Below are positions 24,791-34,600 of a DNA stretch of 34,813 nucleotides, in pieces. Position numbers and translations under genes: made by a program. Below the pieces are notes generated by a model. That model was not told where the DNA came from and did no database searches. It saw only the letters and a program-made list of their open reading frames with translations. This DNA is from Candidatus Nanohalobium sp. Its GTDB lineage: Archaea; Nanohalarchaeota; Nanosalinia; Nanosalinales; Nanosalinaceae. The stretch is from NCBI GenBank assembly GCA_042216335.1, contig JBDGTY010000006.1, forward strand, positions 26,042 through 60,854, read 5' to 3'. Position 1 is the first letter of the stretch; every line of letters begins with the position of its first letter.

Positions 24791-27490
24791 TTAGTTTGAT
24801 TCTTTCTCGTCGATTCTCTCCAGCACCTGTTCATGCAGATTCTGAAGCCTTTCCTTCTTATCTTCCATCTTGATCACATCCGTCGAACCCTGCAACAACA
24901 GGTTATGGCTGAAAGGAGACGGGATAGAGGTCTCCTGCATCTCCCAGGTAATCTCTTCCTCCTCTATGCCCTCGATAACATCCTTTGCATGCCGGATATC
25001 CATCGCGTCCTCCATTATCTCCCGGTACGTCTCCTTAACCATGGGAAAGTCCTCATCGTACTCGTTCCTGATTGCCGAGAGAAGGAAGTGACCTTTCATC
25101 TGCTGCTGGCCCACCGTCTTCGAATCACCAGCATAATTCCTGAGTATCATCAAACTTCTGCCAGCGACGTGGCGGAAACGCCTCTTCATCAACTCAGTCT
25201 TCCGGATAGCATCTTTCAACTCCTCCTCAGGATTACACTCGGCAAGCTGCTCCATCAACCTGTCAAGGTCGACCGGACGGCGCGGAGTGATCAGGATGAA
25301 GCCGTTGTCGTCTATAACCATGCCGATATTCGAACCGTACTTCTGCTGGAGCATGTGCGCCATGATACGGGCCAGAGCATCGTGCACCCGGCGGCCGTAG
25401 ATGGTCTGGAAGATCAGGTTCTGCCTGTTATCCTCATCGATGTACTTCTCCACCACTATATCTTCGTGTGTCGAGACATCGCCGGAGAAACGGTACTGCT
25501 CGGCGATGTAGCCGTAGATGGCCTCGGCAGTCTTCTCATCCAGGTAGTAGTTGTGCATTATCCACTGGAGGATGTCATCGTCTCCGGCACCCATCTCCAT
25601 CTGCTTCTTCACCTGCTTCCGGAACTCACCGATCCTCGTACCGAGATCGTAGCTGAGAGGCAGTCTCTCCGAGTACCAGGAGGGAACGGTAGGAGAAGCG
25701 TTCGGCTTAGGGTCGACGAAGACCTTCATGCCCTTGGCATAGCTGAAACGGTAGGTCTTCCCGCCTAAAGTGAATATATCGCCCTTCGTCAGTCTATCGA
25801 GAAACTCCTCGTCCAGCTGCCCTACATACTCTCCGCCTTGCCGGGTCTTGACATCGTAGCCTGTCTCGTCCGGTATGGTGCCGATGTTGGTCATGTAGAT
25901 AACGCGCGTCATCTTACCGGAGCGGCCGAAACGGTTGTCTTCGTGGTCGATCCAGATCTTCCTGTACACGTTCTGATCCTCTAACTCCTCGTACTCGCCT
26001 CCCAGGTACTTCAGAACGTTGTCAAAGTCCTCTCTGGAGAGGTTGAGATAGTTGTAGCTTTTTCTTATCGTGTTGTAGGCGTGTTCGATATTCCAGCGCT
26101 TGTTGCACGCCATGCCAACGATGTGCTGGGCGAGGACGTCGAGAGAGTTCCTCGGTATCTGTATCCTGTCAAGCTCGTCTTCCTTGGCGCACTTCGTCAG
26201 AACCGAGCACTCCATCGCGTCGTCCCTGTCCGTTACTATCATCTTGCCCCTGGCCTTTTCTCCGATCTGGTGGCCGGACCTGCCGATACGCTGGATGCCA
26301 CGCGCCACGCCCTTAGGACTTCCAAGCTGTATTACGAGGTCTACTGCCCCGATATCCACCCCTAGCTCGAGAGAAGTAGATGTAACGCCGACACGCATCT
26401 CCCCTTTCTTCAGATTTTCCTCGACCTCCAGACGTTTCTCCCGGGACATGCTGGAGTGGTGGGCGCCGATATTGTCCTCGTAGAAGTCAGGGAACATTTC
26501 CTGAAGATTGTTGACGATCCGCTCGGTCGCGCTCCGAGTATTCGTGAATATGATGGTCGACTCGTGCTCCTCCACGAGGTTGTGGATCTGGTCGTACATC
26601 GCCTCCTGGACCTCCTCAGCGGGCGTATGGATCAGATCACTGACTGGAGAGATAGTCTCCAGATCGATCTCCTTCGACGCTGCGACGTCAACTATGGTGC
26701 AGCCACGGGTCTCGTAATCCTCCGTCTCCTCTTCCTCAGCCGCAGTTATCTCCCCGTACTCACCCTCCTCTATCTCCGTATCTTCATCGACCTCATAACC
26801 CACGAGGTACTTTGCAATCTCGTCTATCGGTGCCTGCGTAGCCGAAAGGCCTATCCTGGTCGGAGAAGTGTTTGCCATCTCCTCCAGACGCTCATAGCCG
26901 AGGGATAGGTGTACACCCCTCTTGTTTTCGCTCAGGCTGTGAATCTCGTCCGTGATTACATACTCCACGTTCTTCAGCGACTGCCCGAACTTCGGAGAAT
27001 TCAAAATAATCCCAAGAGACTCGGGTGTCGTGATCAGTATATGTGGAGGATTTTCACGCATATTGGCTTTTTCTGCATCAGTCGTATCGCCTGTCCTGAC
27101 CGCACTCCTGACTTCAGGAACTTCGAAGCCCATCTCCTCGGCCTTCTCCTTGATGCCTTCCAGAGGATCCTTCAGGTTCCTCTCGATATCGTTGTTGAGA
27201 GCCCTGAGCGGCGAGACATAAAGTATATTTACTTCGTCTTCCAATTCGCCTTCTCTGCCTTTCTTGAAAAGCTCGTTTAAACCGGCTAAGAAAGCGCTTA
27301 ATGTTTTGCCGGACCCTGTCGGAGCACAGATCAGGGAGTTCTCGTGGTTGTGGATAAGTTCGAAGGAGTATCTCTGCGGCGGACTCAGCGACGGGAACTG
27401 TTCTTTGAACCATTCCTTGACGTAAGGTTCGAAGTCGTCCGGCAGTGTTTCCGAGGCCTGTTCCTCGTCCGCAAATTTTATCTCACTCAT
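24791..27490 (-). CDS. lhr: Lhr-family ATP-dependent SF2 helicase
   Basis: APTGSGKT, SPLRALNNDI, TTPESL, DEIH, SAT, AHHSS, SLELGVDIG, QRIGRSGH and IGTIPD motifs. Confidence 0.96.
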   Translation of the reverse strand: MSEIKFADEEQASETLPDDFEPYVKEWFKEQFPSLSPPQRYSFELIHNHENSLICAPTGSGKTLSAFLAGLNELFKKGREGELEDEVNILYVSPLRALNNDIERNLKDPLEGIKEKAEEMGFEVPEVRSAVRTGDTTDAEKANMRENPPHILITTPESLGIILNSPKFGQSLKNVEYVITDEIHSLSENKRGVHLSLGYERLEEMANTSPTRIGLSATQAPIDEIAKYLVGYEVDEDTEIEEGEYGEITAAEEEETEDYETRGCTIVDVAASKEIDLETISPVSDLIHTPAEEVQEAMYDQIHNLVEEHESTIIFTNTRSATERIVNNLQEMFPDFYEDNIGAHHSSMSREKRLEVEENLKKGEMRVGVTSTSLELGVDIGAVDLVIQLGSPKGVARGIQRIGRSGHQIGEKARGKMIVTDRDDAMECSVLTKCAKEDELDRIQIPRNSLDVLAQHIVGMACNKRWNIEHAYNTIRKSYNYLNLSREDFDNVLKYLGGEYEELEDQNVYRKIWIDHEDNRFGRSGKMTRVIYMTNIGTIPDETGYDVKTRQGGEYVGQLDEEFLDRLTKGDIFTLGGKTYRFSYAKGMKVFVDPKPNASPTVPSWYSERLPLSYDLGTRIGEFRKQVKKQMEMGAGDDDILQWIMHNYYLDEKTAEAIYGYIAEQYRFSGDVSTHEDIVVEKYIDEDNRQNLIFQTIYGRRVHDALARIMAHMLQQKYGSNIGMVIDDNGFILITPRRPVDLDRLMEQLAECNPEEELKDAIRKTELMKRRFRHVAGRSLMILRNYAGDSKTVGQQQMKGHFLLSAIRNEYDEDFPMVKETYREIMEDAMDIRHAKDVIEGIEEEEITWEMQETSIPSPFSHNLLLQGSTDVIKMEDKKERLQNLHEQVLERIDEKESN

Positions 27491-27527
27491 AGTTCAGTGA
27501 GGAGAAACCAGTTTTAAGACGGTGCGG

Positions 27528-28352
27528 CTAACCGTCGAGTAACAGTGAAAGTTTGCCGAATATACCTGTCAGGACGCCTATAAGCGGTTGAAGCGTGTAA
27601 AATATGCCGGCGACAAGCGGAACGACCAGGATAAAGTTCAGCTGTTTCAGGTGCGACGTGACAGCCTGTTCTATCCTGCCTGAAACATCTACCTTTCTGT
27701 TCTCCAGTCGGGACTTCGCTCTCCGGTATACCTGAGCTGTAACGTTTTCCTCCGCAGTGGCGAACGATTTCTGGAGTTCTACCGTCGGCTGGACCTCACT
27801 GAAGACCTTCTGCCTGGTAAGTATGACCGCGGACCTGGCTGTACTGTTTATCAGTCGGTACTGGGCTTTTTTCTGGTTTTCCACCAGGTTCATGTCTTTC
27901 AGAGTCTCCCCGGAGAAGTTTCCGATCGCTGCGCCGGCGTCCTGTGCCAGGCTGTCCTGGAAACCTGGGTTGAAGCTTCCGTAGAAGAATATCCCGGTTC
28001 CGACCACCAATCCCAGAACCAGCAGAGGCAGAGTGGTCGATCCGTAGAAATCCTTGAACTGTGTGCCGTGGGAGAAGACCGAGACGAGTATATTGCCGAT
28101 GCTGTAGAACAGTGCGATCAGTGCCGTGAAACCTCCTGTGATGACGAATATCAGTGCGGACAGGGACATCAGCGATGAACGACTGAAGCCCTCGTGTGAG
28201 ATATAGGCCGTGTAACCATAAAGCACCGGGATGAAAACCAGACCTGCCAGAGTCACAGGATTCGAGAGATTGATGAAGTAGGCCAGTGTCACCCCGATAA
28301 GCGCCAGAGAAAGTTGGACTCCGTACTCGATATACTCGGTTTCAAGCTCCAT
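27528..28352 (-). CDS. Multi-pass membrane protein of unknown function
   Basis: About five N-terminal TM helices, a soluble helical loop and a C-terminal hydrophobic segment. Confidence 0.8.
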   Translation of the reverse strand: MELETEYIEYGVQLSLALIGVTLAYFINLSNPVTLAGLVFIPVLYGYTAYISHEGFSRSSLMSLSALIFVITGGFTALIALFYSIGNILVSVFSHGTQFKDFYGSTTLPLLVLGLVVGTGIFFYGSFNPGFQDSLAQDAGAAIGNFSGETLKDMNLVENQKKAQYRLINSTARSAVILTRQKVFSEVQPTVELQKSFATAEENVTAQVYRRAKSRLENRKVDVSGRIEQAVTSHLKQLNFILVVPLVAGIFYTLQPLIGVLTGIFGKLSLLLDG

Positions 28353-28377
28353 ATATTAAAGTTCGAATCTCTACTGT

Positions 28378-29304
28378 TTAAATTCCCAGCATCTCCGAGA
28401 CCAGTGCCTCGGCATGGCCCTCATCCTCGGCCTCGACGATGACTCGGCCGGAATCGAAGAAAGTAACCTCACATCCCTCATATCTGTACCTGACCAGAAA
28501 ATCGTTCCCTGACAGCCTCTCACCCGGCAGATCTTCGACCTGTTCACGGGAAAAATCCCTCTCCAGCTGGAACTTGCCCGTTCCACAAACCTTCACAACC
28601 TCCCGACTTTCGGAAAGATGCGGAAACTTCTCACCCTCACATACCTCACAGCCCGAGCTCTCCACATCAAGCTCCCTGCCGCTGTGCACTATCTCCAGTT
28701 TCTCCCCGACATCTTTCCCCGTCAGAATCTTCACCGCCTTCAGAGAGCTCGAGACAGCGGCCTTCTGCGCCACCTCCCGCATTATACCATCGGTCGCACA
28801 GGTAGCAACGCTCTCGGGCTGCTGAACCATACAGCTAAAGCATTTCTGGACAAAAAGCATCGAGTAGGCGCGCTCCGCGATCGCCGCAGTATAGATCCAC
28901 GGAACACCTTCCTTCTTGCTGTAGTCATTGATAAGCTGACGAGTCTCCAGGTTGTCGGTGCCGTCAAGCACGATATCAGCATCGGATAACCGGTCAAGAT
29001 TGTCTGCTGAAAGGCTTTCCACGTATGATTCGACATCTGTAAACTCCCCGAGTTTTTCCTCCGCTGCCTTTGCCTTCGGCAGCGATTTTCTGCACTGTTC
29101 AGGAGTGTAGAGACTTGAGGAGTAGCAGTCTTTCACCTCAAGATAGTCCCTGTCAATCAGTATCAGATTTACTCCGTGCCGGGCCAGGTTCTCTGCGATG
29201 GCCGATCCTGTGGCTCCTAGACCGACGACTGCGGCTGTAGAGTTCTCCAGTTTTTCCTGATCTTTTTCCGAGTGGTTTTGAAGCGCGGTGAACCGGGAGT
29301 ACAT
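28378..29304 (-). CDS. ThiF/MoeB/HesA (E1-like, UbaA-type) adenylyltransferase family protein
   Basis: VGLGATG, LIDRD, LDGTDNLETR, CFSC and CEVC zinc pairs, and TCATDG at the catalytic Cys position. Confidence 0.9.
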   Translation of the reverse strand: MYSRFTALQNHSEKDQEKLENSTAAVVGLGATGSAIAENLARHGVNLILIDRDYLEVKDCYSSSLYTPEQCRKSLPKAKAAEEKLGEFTDVESYVESLSADNLDRLSDADIVLDGTDNLETRQLINDYSKKEGVPWIYTAAIAERAYSMLFVQKCFSCMVQQPESVATCATDGIMREVAQKAAVSSSLKAVKILTGKDVGEKLEIVHSGRELDVESSGCEVCEGEKFPHLSESREVVKVCGTGKFQLERDFSREQVEDLPGERLSGNDFLVRYRYEGCEVTFFDSGRVIVEAEDEGHAEALVSEMLGI

Positions 29305-29359
29305 CTGACTGATTTTTGCCCGGAAGATGATTTAAGGCTCGCGGAGCCAAGAGAATATT

Positions 29360-30196
29360 ATGAATCTTGCATCTCTCAGCATCCCGTTCCAGGAGACGTT
29401 CACAAACCTTGGACTGAACGTGACCCCCATCACTCTCGGCATAGCCGCGGGTATATTTGTAATCGGCTGGCTCGCCAACAAGATCTCCAACAGGATGATA
29501 GAAAGAGAGGTCAAGCGGCGTGGAGGCGACAAACACGCAGCAGTCTCCGCCAAGAAAGTCTCAGCCTACTTGATCTACCCGATAACCCTGATAGTTGTTC
29601 TCGGGACGCTGGGAGTGCCGATAGGCTCCTTCGGCACAGCTGTCGGCCTCATAGGACTCGGACTGTCCTTCGCGTTGAAGGATATGATAGCTAACTTCAT
29701 CTCCGGCATCCTGATCCTTATAGGGCGGCCTTTCAAGGTCGGAGACCAGATCAAGGTCGCAGGAGAGGAGGGAACTGTCGAGGACATCAAGATCCGGGCC
29801 ACAGACATCAAGACCTACGACGGCCGTCAGGTAATCGTGCCGAACAGCCAGCTGTACAACGGAGTAGTCATCAACAACACAGCCTACGACGAGAGAAGGT
29901 TTGAGGTCATAGTCGGTGTCGGCTACGAAGACGATATCGATACAGCCGTTGAACTGGCCGAGGAAAGCCTTGAAGAGGCCGACATGGTCGAAAGCCAGCC
30001 TGAGCCCCAGGTACTGGTCGACGAGCTCGGAGGAAGCAGCGTCAACCTGAAGCTTCGTGGATGGACTAAGCCAAGCAAGGCCAACATGGTGAAAGCGGCA
30101 TCACAGGTAACTCAGGGCGTCAAGGAGAAGTACGACGAGAACGACATCGACATCCCCTACCCGATAAGAACCGTCTACATGAACGAAGAGGAGTAA
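29360..30196 (+). CDS. mscS: Small-conductance mechanosensitive channel
   Basis: GLSFALKDMIANFISG, RPFKVGDQI, TYDGRQVIVPNS, GVGYEDD and IDIPYP motifs. Confidence 0.95.
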   Translation: MNLASLSIPFQETFTNLGLNVTPITLGIAAGIFVIGWLANKISNRMIEREVKRRGGDKHAAVSAKKVSAYLIYPITLIVVLGTLGVPIGSFGTAVGLIGLGLSFALKDMIANFISGILILIGRPFKVGDQIKVAGEEGTVEDIKIRATDIKTYDGRQVIVPNSQLYNGVVINNTAYDERRFEVIVGVGYEDDIDTAVELAEESLEEADMVESQPEPQVLVDELGGSSVNLKLRGWTKPSKANMVKAASQVTQGVKEKYDENDIDIPYPIRTVYMNEEE

Positions 30197-30270
30197 AATC
30201 CTCTAATTTCCTTATTTTTCTGAGCTCTCCAGAGATTAGGATTTTTCAAATCTTAATCCCATAAAGAATT

Positions 30271-30390
30271 ATGGCTCAGAAGTTCGAGAACATCGCAGGA
30301 GAAGGCATCGATACTAGTTTTGGGGAACTGAAAGAGGAGAGGAAAAGAAGAGAAGCAGCACTTCACGGAGAGGTAGATTTGGAAAGATAA
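30271..30390 (+). CDS. Putative 39-aa microprotein
   Basis: MAQKFENIAGEGIDTSFGELKEERKRREAALHGEVDLER*. Fills the mscS-cutA gap with an AT-rich element upstream. Not in the ORF track. Confidence 0.45.
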   Translation: MAQKFENIAGEGIDTSFGELKEERKRREAALHGEVDLER

Positions 30391-30398
30391 GACTAAGC

Positions 30399-30704
30399 CT
30401 AACCCTCAGTTTCCTCACTAACCCATCTCTCAAAATCTTCGTTGGCTTCTGCTTCAAAAGCTGCTATACATGGAGTATCATATGGGTGAAGTTTGAGAAC
30501 TCTTTCTCTTAACTCTTCTACTTTATCTTCTGAGGTCTTAAACAGGGCACGATACTCTGAATCTTTCTGTATTTCATCGTTCCACCAGTAGATTGAATTC
30601 ATCGAGTCAAAGTTTACTCCGGCAGCCAGCCTCTCACTGACTATTTTCTCGGATATCTCCCGGCAGGTTTTCTCATCGGGAAAGGTGACATAGACAAGTT
30701 TCAT
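30399..30704 (-). CDS. cutA: Divalent cation tolerance protein CutA
   Basis: LVYVTFP, ERLAAGVN, SIYWW and LHPYDTPCI motifs. Confidence 0.95.
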   Translation of the reverse strand: MKLVYVTFPDEKTCREISEKIVSERLAAGVNFDSMNSIYWWNDEIQKDSEYRALFKTSEDKVEELRERVLKLHPYDTPCIAAFEAEANEDFERWVSEETEG

Positions 30705-30792
30705 GAAAAAGTTTGGTGAAGCGATCGGTTTAATACTGTCTTACCGGTTGGTCACCGCTTTTTTCTTAAGACTGCATCACTGAGTTCTAGGT

Positions 30793-31107
30793 ATGCCAGT
30801 CGATATAGATTCCGGGAAGATGGAAGAAGTTCAAAACTCTGATGAATACTGGGTAGTTGATTTCTGGGCCGAATGGTGCGGACCATGCAAGAAGTTAGCG
30901 CCTGTCTACGAGGAAGTCTCCGAGGAAGTTGAGGACGTGAACTTCGGAAAGGTTGACATGGAGGAGAACCAGGAACTCGGCACAGAGCTAGGTGTAAGGG
31001 CGCTGCCGACACTCGTGATCCTGAAAGACGGCGAGGAAGTGGCGAGGACTTCTGGAGCTATGCCGAAGCAGAAGCTGAAGAACTGGGTTGAAGAGAACAC
31101 AGCCTAG
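30793..31107 (+). CDS. trxA: Thioredoxin
   Basis: VDFWAEWCGPCK active site and GVRALPT. Confidence 0.97.
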   Translation: MPVDIDSGKMEEVQNSDEYWVVDFWAEWCGPCKKLAPVYEEVSEEVEDVNFGKVDMEENQELGTELGVRALPTLVILKDGEEVARTSGAMPKQKLKNWVEENTA

Positions 31108-31601
31108 ATAAACTCAGACCAGTCCACGTTTCCATAATCATTTTCTCTTTCATCAAGTTTCTCTTTGATCTCTTCTACAGTTTCCTCAACCGACTTCTCC
31201 GTCGTATCTATTTCTATAACAGTTTCCTGGTTTTTGACGGCCTCTGTGAGTATGATATCTATTTTTTCGGATTCTACGTTTTCCCTGACCTTGGAATCGG
31301 GATACGGCCGGCTTGAAAGTCTTTCCTTCAGTATGTCCGGACGGCACCTCAAAACTATACAGACATCTGCCGGAAGGTGGTGGGCCAGATGACCTTCAAC
31401 GACAGTATCGTCGGAGAAGATTTCGCCCTCGAGTTCTTCCAGCATCTCGCCTATCCTGACTTCTCTTTCACCATCAACTTCCCTGCCTATATCTTTTTCC
31501 TCAAGAAACTTCGTTAGGTCTACTACTTCAAAACCTTCTTCTAATTTCTCTGAGACTGTTGTTTTGCCTGTTCCCGGCGTTCCTGTGAGGGCGATTACCA
31601 T
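31104..31601 (-). CDS. Adenylate kinase, AK6/hCINAP (Fap7) family
   Basis: TGTPGTGKT, VEGHLAH, VLRCRPDILKERLSSRPY and KVRENVESE motifs. Confidence 0.93.
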   Translation of the reverse strand: MVIALTGTPGTGKTTVSEKLEEGFEVVDLTKFLEEKDIGREVDGEREVRIGEMLEELEGEIFSDDTVVEGHLAHHLPADVCIVLRCRPDILKERLSSRPYPDSKVRENVESEKIDIILTEAVKNQETVIEIDTTEKSVEETVEEIKEKLDERENDYGNVDWSEFI

Positions 31602-31653
31602 GACTGAACTTTTAATCGGAGGGCATAAAAGCTTGAAACCAGCCTACCTAACT

Positions 31654-34600
31654 ATGATTGATGTCTGGACTGAGAAGCATAGACCGGATAAACTAAGCGA
31701 AGTAGTTGGACAGGAAAACATAGTAGACAGACTGGAAGCGTTTGTAGAAAACGATGAAGTACCACACATGCTATTTGCTGGGCCTGCTGGTACCGGAAAG
31801 TGTTTATCGGGCGACACCCCTGTTATGGTGTCTAACGGAGAGTTAAAACCTATTAAGGAATTGGTTGATGAAAGGTCTGATTCTGAAGGATTCAAAGATG
31901 TTGACGATTTAAGTATTATGTCTGTGGATGATTCTGGAGATATTGTTTCTGCTGATGTTTCTAAAGTATTTAAGGAAGATGCAAAGGAATTAGTTGATGT
32001 AAGCGCTGTCAACGGTTTTAACCACAGTGTTACGCCCGAACACCCTGTTATGGTCCTCAGAAATGGGTTGCCTCGATGGGTTAAGGCAGGAAATATCAGA
32101 AAAGATGACTTGATAGCTGTTCCCGAAGAACTAAACATGGAGGGAAAGAATCGGCGCTTTGTAGATGAATTGGATGGCGATAGGTTCAGAGCCAAGCTCC
32201 CAGAAGATTTTGATGTACCTACATCTGAAATGTTCGTAGGAAATAAGAAGAGGATAGTTAAAGCAGTAGAGGATGGAGCAGAAAGTAGAGAGGAGATAAG
32301 CCAAAAAGCCTCAATAAACAGAAGCAAGCTAGCTAGTTATCTCAGTGACATGGAATGTCTTAAGGAGAGAGAATCCGGGTTTGAGTTGAAAGCTGAAAAT
32401 GAGGAAAATTATGCATCATTAAGTTACTGTAGAGCAAAAGGAATTAATTCGGAAAAATTTATGTCTTTGAAATATGTTAACAGGTTTAGCCGAGAGTCTA
32501 GAAGTATTAATCCTGTTACTGAAGTTTCACCAGAATTAGTTGAGATAGCAAGTTATCTACTGGCCGAAGGAAGCTTTTCTGGCAGCAGAGTAAGATTCTA
32601 TAACAATAATGAGAAACTGCTTGAGAGATTTAGCAATCTATCGAAACAAGTATTTGGCTTAGAACCTGTTCGCAAGATGGATAAAGGAGTCCCTTACCTG
32701 ACTTTCAGAGAAGGCGGTACTGTGGGGGAAATTCTGTCGCAGGCCTTTAATTTTCCATTCAAAGAAAAGAAGAAAAGCCACAAAATTGAGATAAGCAACT
32801 ATATTACAGCATCAACTGTAGAGTGCATAAGGAGATTTTTGAGAAGTTACAGCGATTCCGAAGCATATGTAAGCAGTCAGGGCGTAGAGATAACTACTGC
32901 TTCTGAAAAAACAGCTTCAAGCATCACTTATATGCTGAAGAGACTTGGAATACATTCAAGGATTATAAAAAAGAATAAATCTGCCTCTAACGGAAAAGAC
33001 ATAAAAAGAGAATACCAAACCATCCTAATTTCAGGATCTAGAAATCTGAACAAGTTCAAGGACGAAGTCGGCTTCTTGATTGAGGAAAAACAAAAAGAGC
33101 TGAAAAAGCGTTGTGAAAGAGAAGATATTCCCAACCACGATATCATCGACAACAATCCTGACGTTTACAGAGAGATACTGGAGAAATTAGGGCTAAGACA
33201 AGACGAAGTATTTGAAGGAAAAACATGGATGCTAGAGAAGCAGACTGGCTCTGTAGGCCGTATAAGAGCTCAAGAGCAGATGAGTAAAGTGGTTGAGAGC
33301 AGTAGAGATAAAATTTCAGAACTTATGGCCCTAAAAACCCAGCTGGAAGGATTCCAGAAACACCTAGAAACCTATCAGAAATTCGACGAAGAATATGGAG
33401 AAATCAAGAATGAAATAAGAGATTTAGAGACTAGAAACAGAGTTCAGGAAGAGACAGGTATAAGAAACGATAGAACGCTTGAATACAGTAAAGGAAAAAG
33501 AGTTGCTGACTCAGGAAGAATAAAAACTATTCTAAAAGCCAGTAAATCTGAAAAGACAAATACAATCGAAGCTCTTGAAAGACTGCCAGAGCTACAGGCA
33601 ACAATACGTAAAACGATTCAAGAATCACGACTAAGTTATAGTGAAATAGGAAGAAAGCTTGGTGAAAGCTCAAGTAACATCCAAAACATTCTTGAAGGAG
33701 ACATAAACCCTCCTACAGTAAAGAAGATTCCACAAATCCACAAAATAGTCATCAAGGACCTGAAAAAAGTGCTGGAAGATGAAGAGCTGATCCAAGACCT
33801 TGAAAAACTAAGCTTCATGAGCAAAGCAGATTTAAGATGGACTAGAGTAAAATCAGTAGAAGAAAGCAAGAACCAAAAGGTTTACGATCTTACGGTACCA
33901 GAAACGAAGAACTTTGTTGCCGGTAACGCACCAACAATAGCACACAACACCACATCAGCGATCGCATTAGCCAAGGATCTCTACGGCGACTCCTGGAAGG
34001 ACAACTTCATGGAGACCAACGCCTCGGACGAGAGAGGGATTGATGTCGTAAGGGAGAAGATCAAGAACTTCGCCCGGACCAAGTCGATGGGCGCAGACTA
34101 CAAGATAATATTCCTTGACGAAGCCGACGCACTTACGAGCGACGCCCAGCAGGCCCTGAGGAGGACTATGGAGCAGTTCTCCGAAAACTGCAGATTCATC
34201 CTTTCCTGCAACTACTCCTCGAAAATCATAGATCCAATCCAGTCCAGGTGCGCCGTCTTCAGATTCAACCGGCTGGACGAGAACGATGTCAAAAGCTATA
34301 TCGAGAGGCTTGGAAAGGAAGAGGACTTCAAAATCTCCGAGGACGCCGTCGAGGCAGTTATGCGTGTTGCTGAAGGCGATCTCAGGCGCGTGACAAATAT
34401 CCTTCAAACTGCCTCGATAAACAACGACGAGATAGAAGAGGAGGACATCTACGGTATCGCAGCTTCTCTTCGGCCGGATGAAATCCGAGAAATCCTGAAC
34501 GACTCACTTAACGGGAACTTCATGGATGCCCGAGACACGCTGGCCGACCTAATGATTGACAGAGGTCTGGATGGGCAGGATGTCATCGATTCAGTGCACA

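Noticed and set aside
24833-27280. Long plus-strand ORFs (up to 311 aa) antisense to lhr
   Set aside because: Shadow frames arising from codon bias of an acidic protein, with no recognisable motifs.
30195-30246. Imperfect inverted repeat after mscS (AAAATCCT...AGGATTTT)
   Set aside because: Short arms with a long loop, more simply explained as T-rich terminator plus promoter sequence. Not enough for a MITE or structured RNA.
31564-31653. N-terminal extension of rfcS given in the ORF track
   Set aside because: It overlaps the divergent AK6 start and promoter. The conserved RFC start MIDVWTEKHRP is at 31654.
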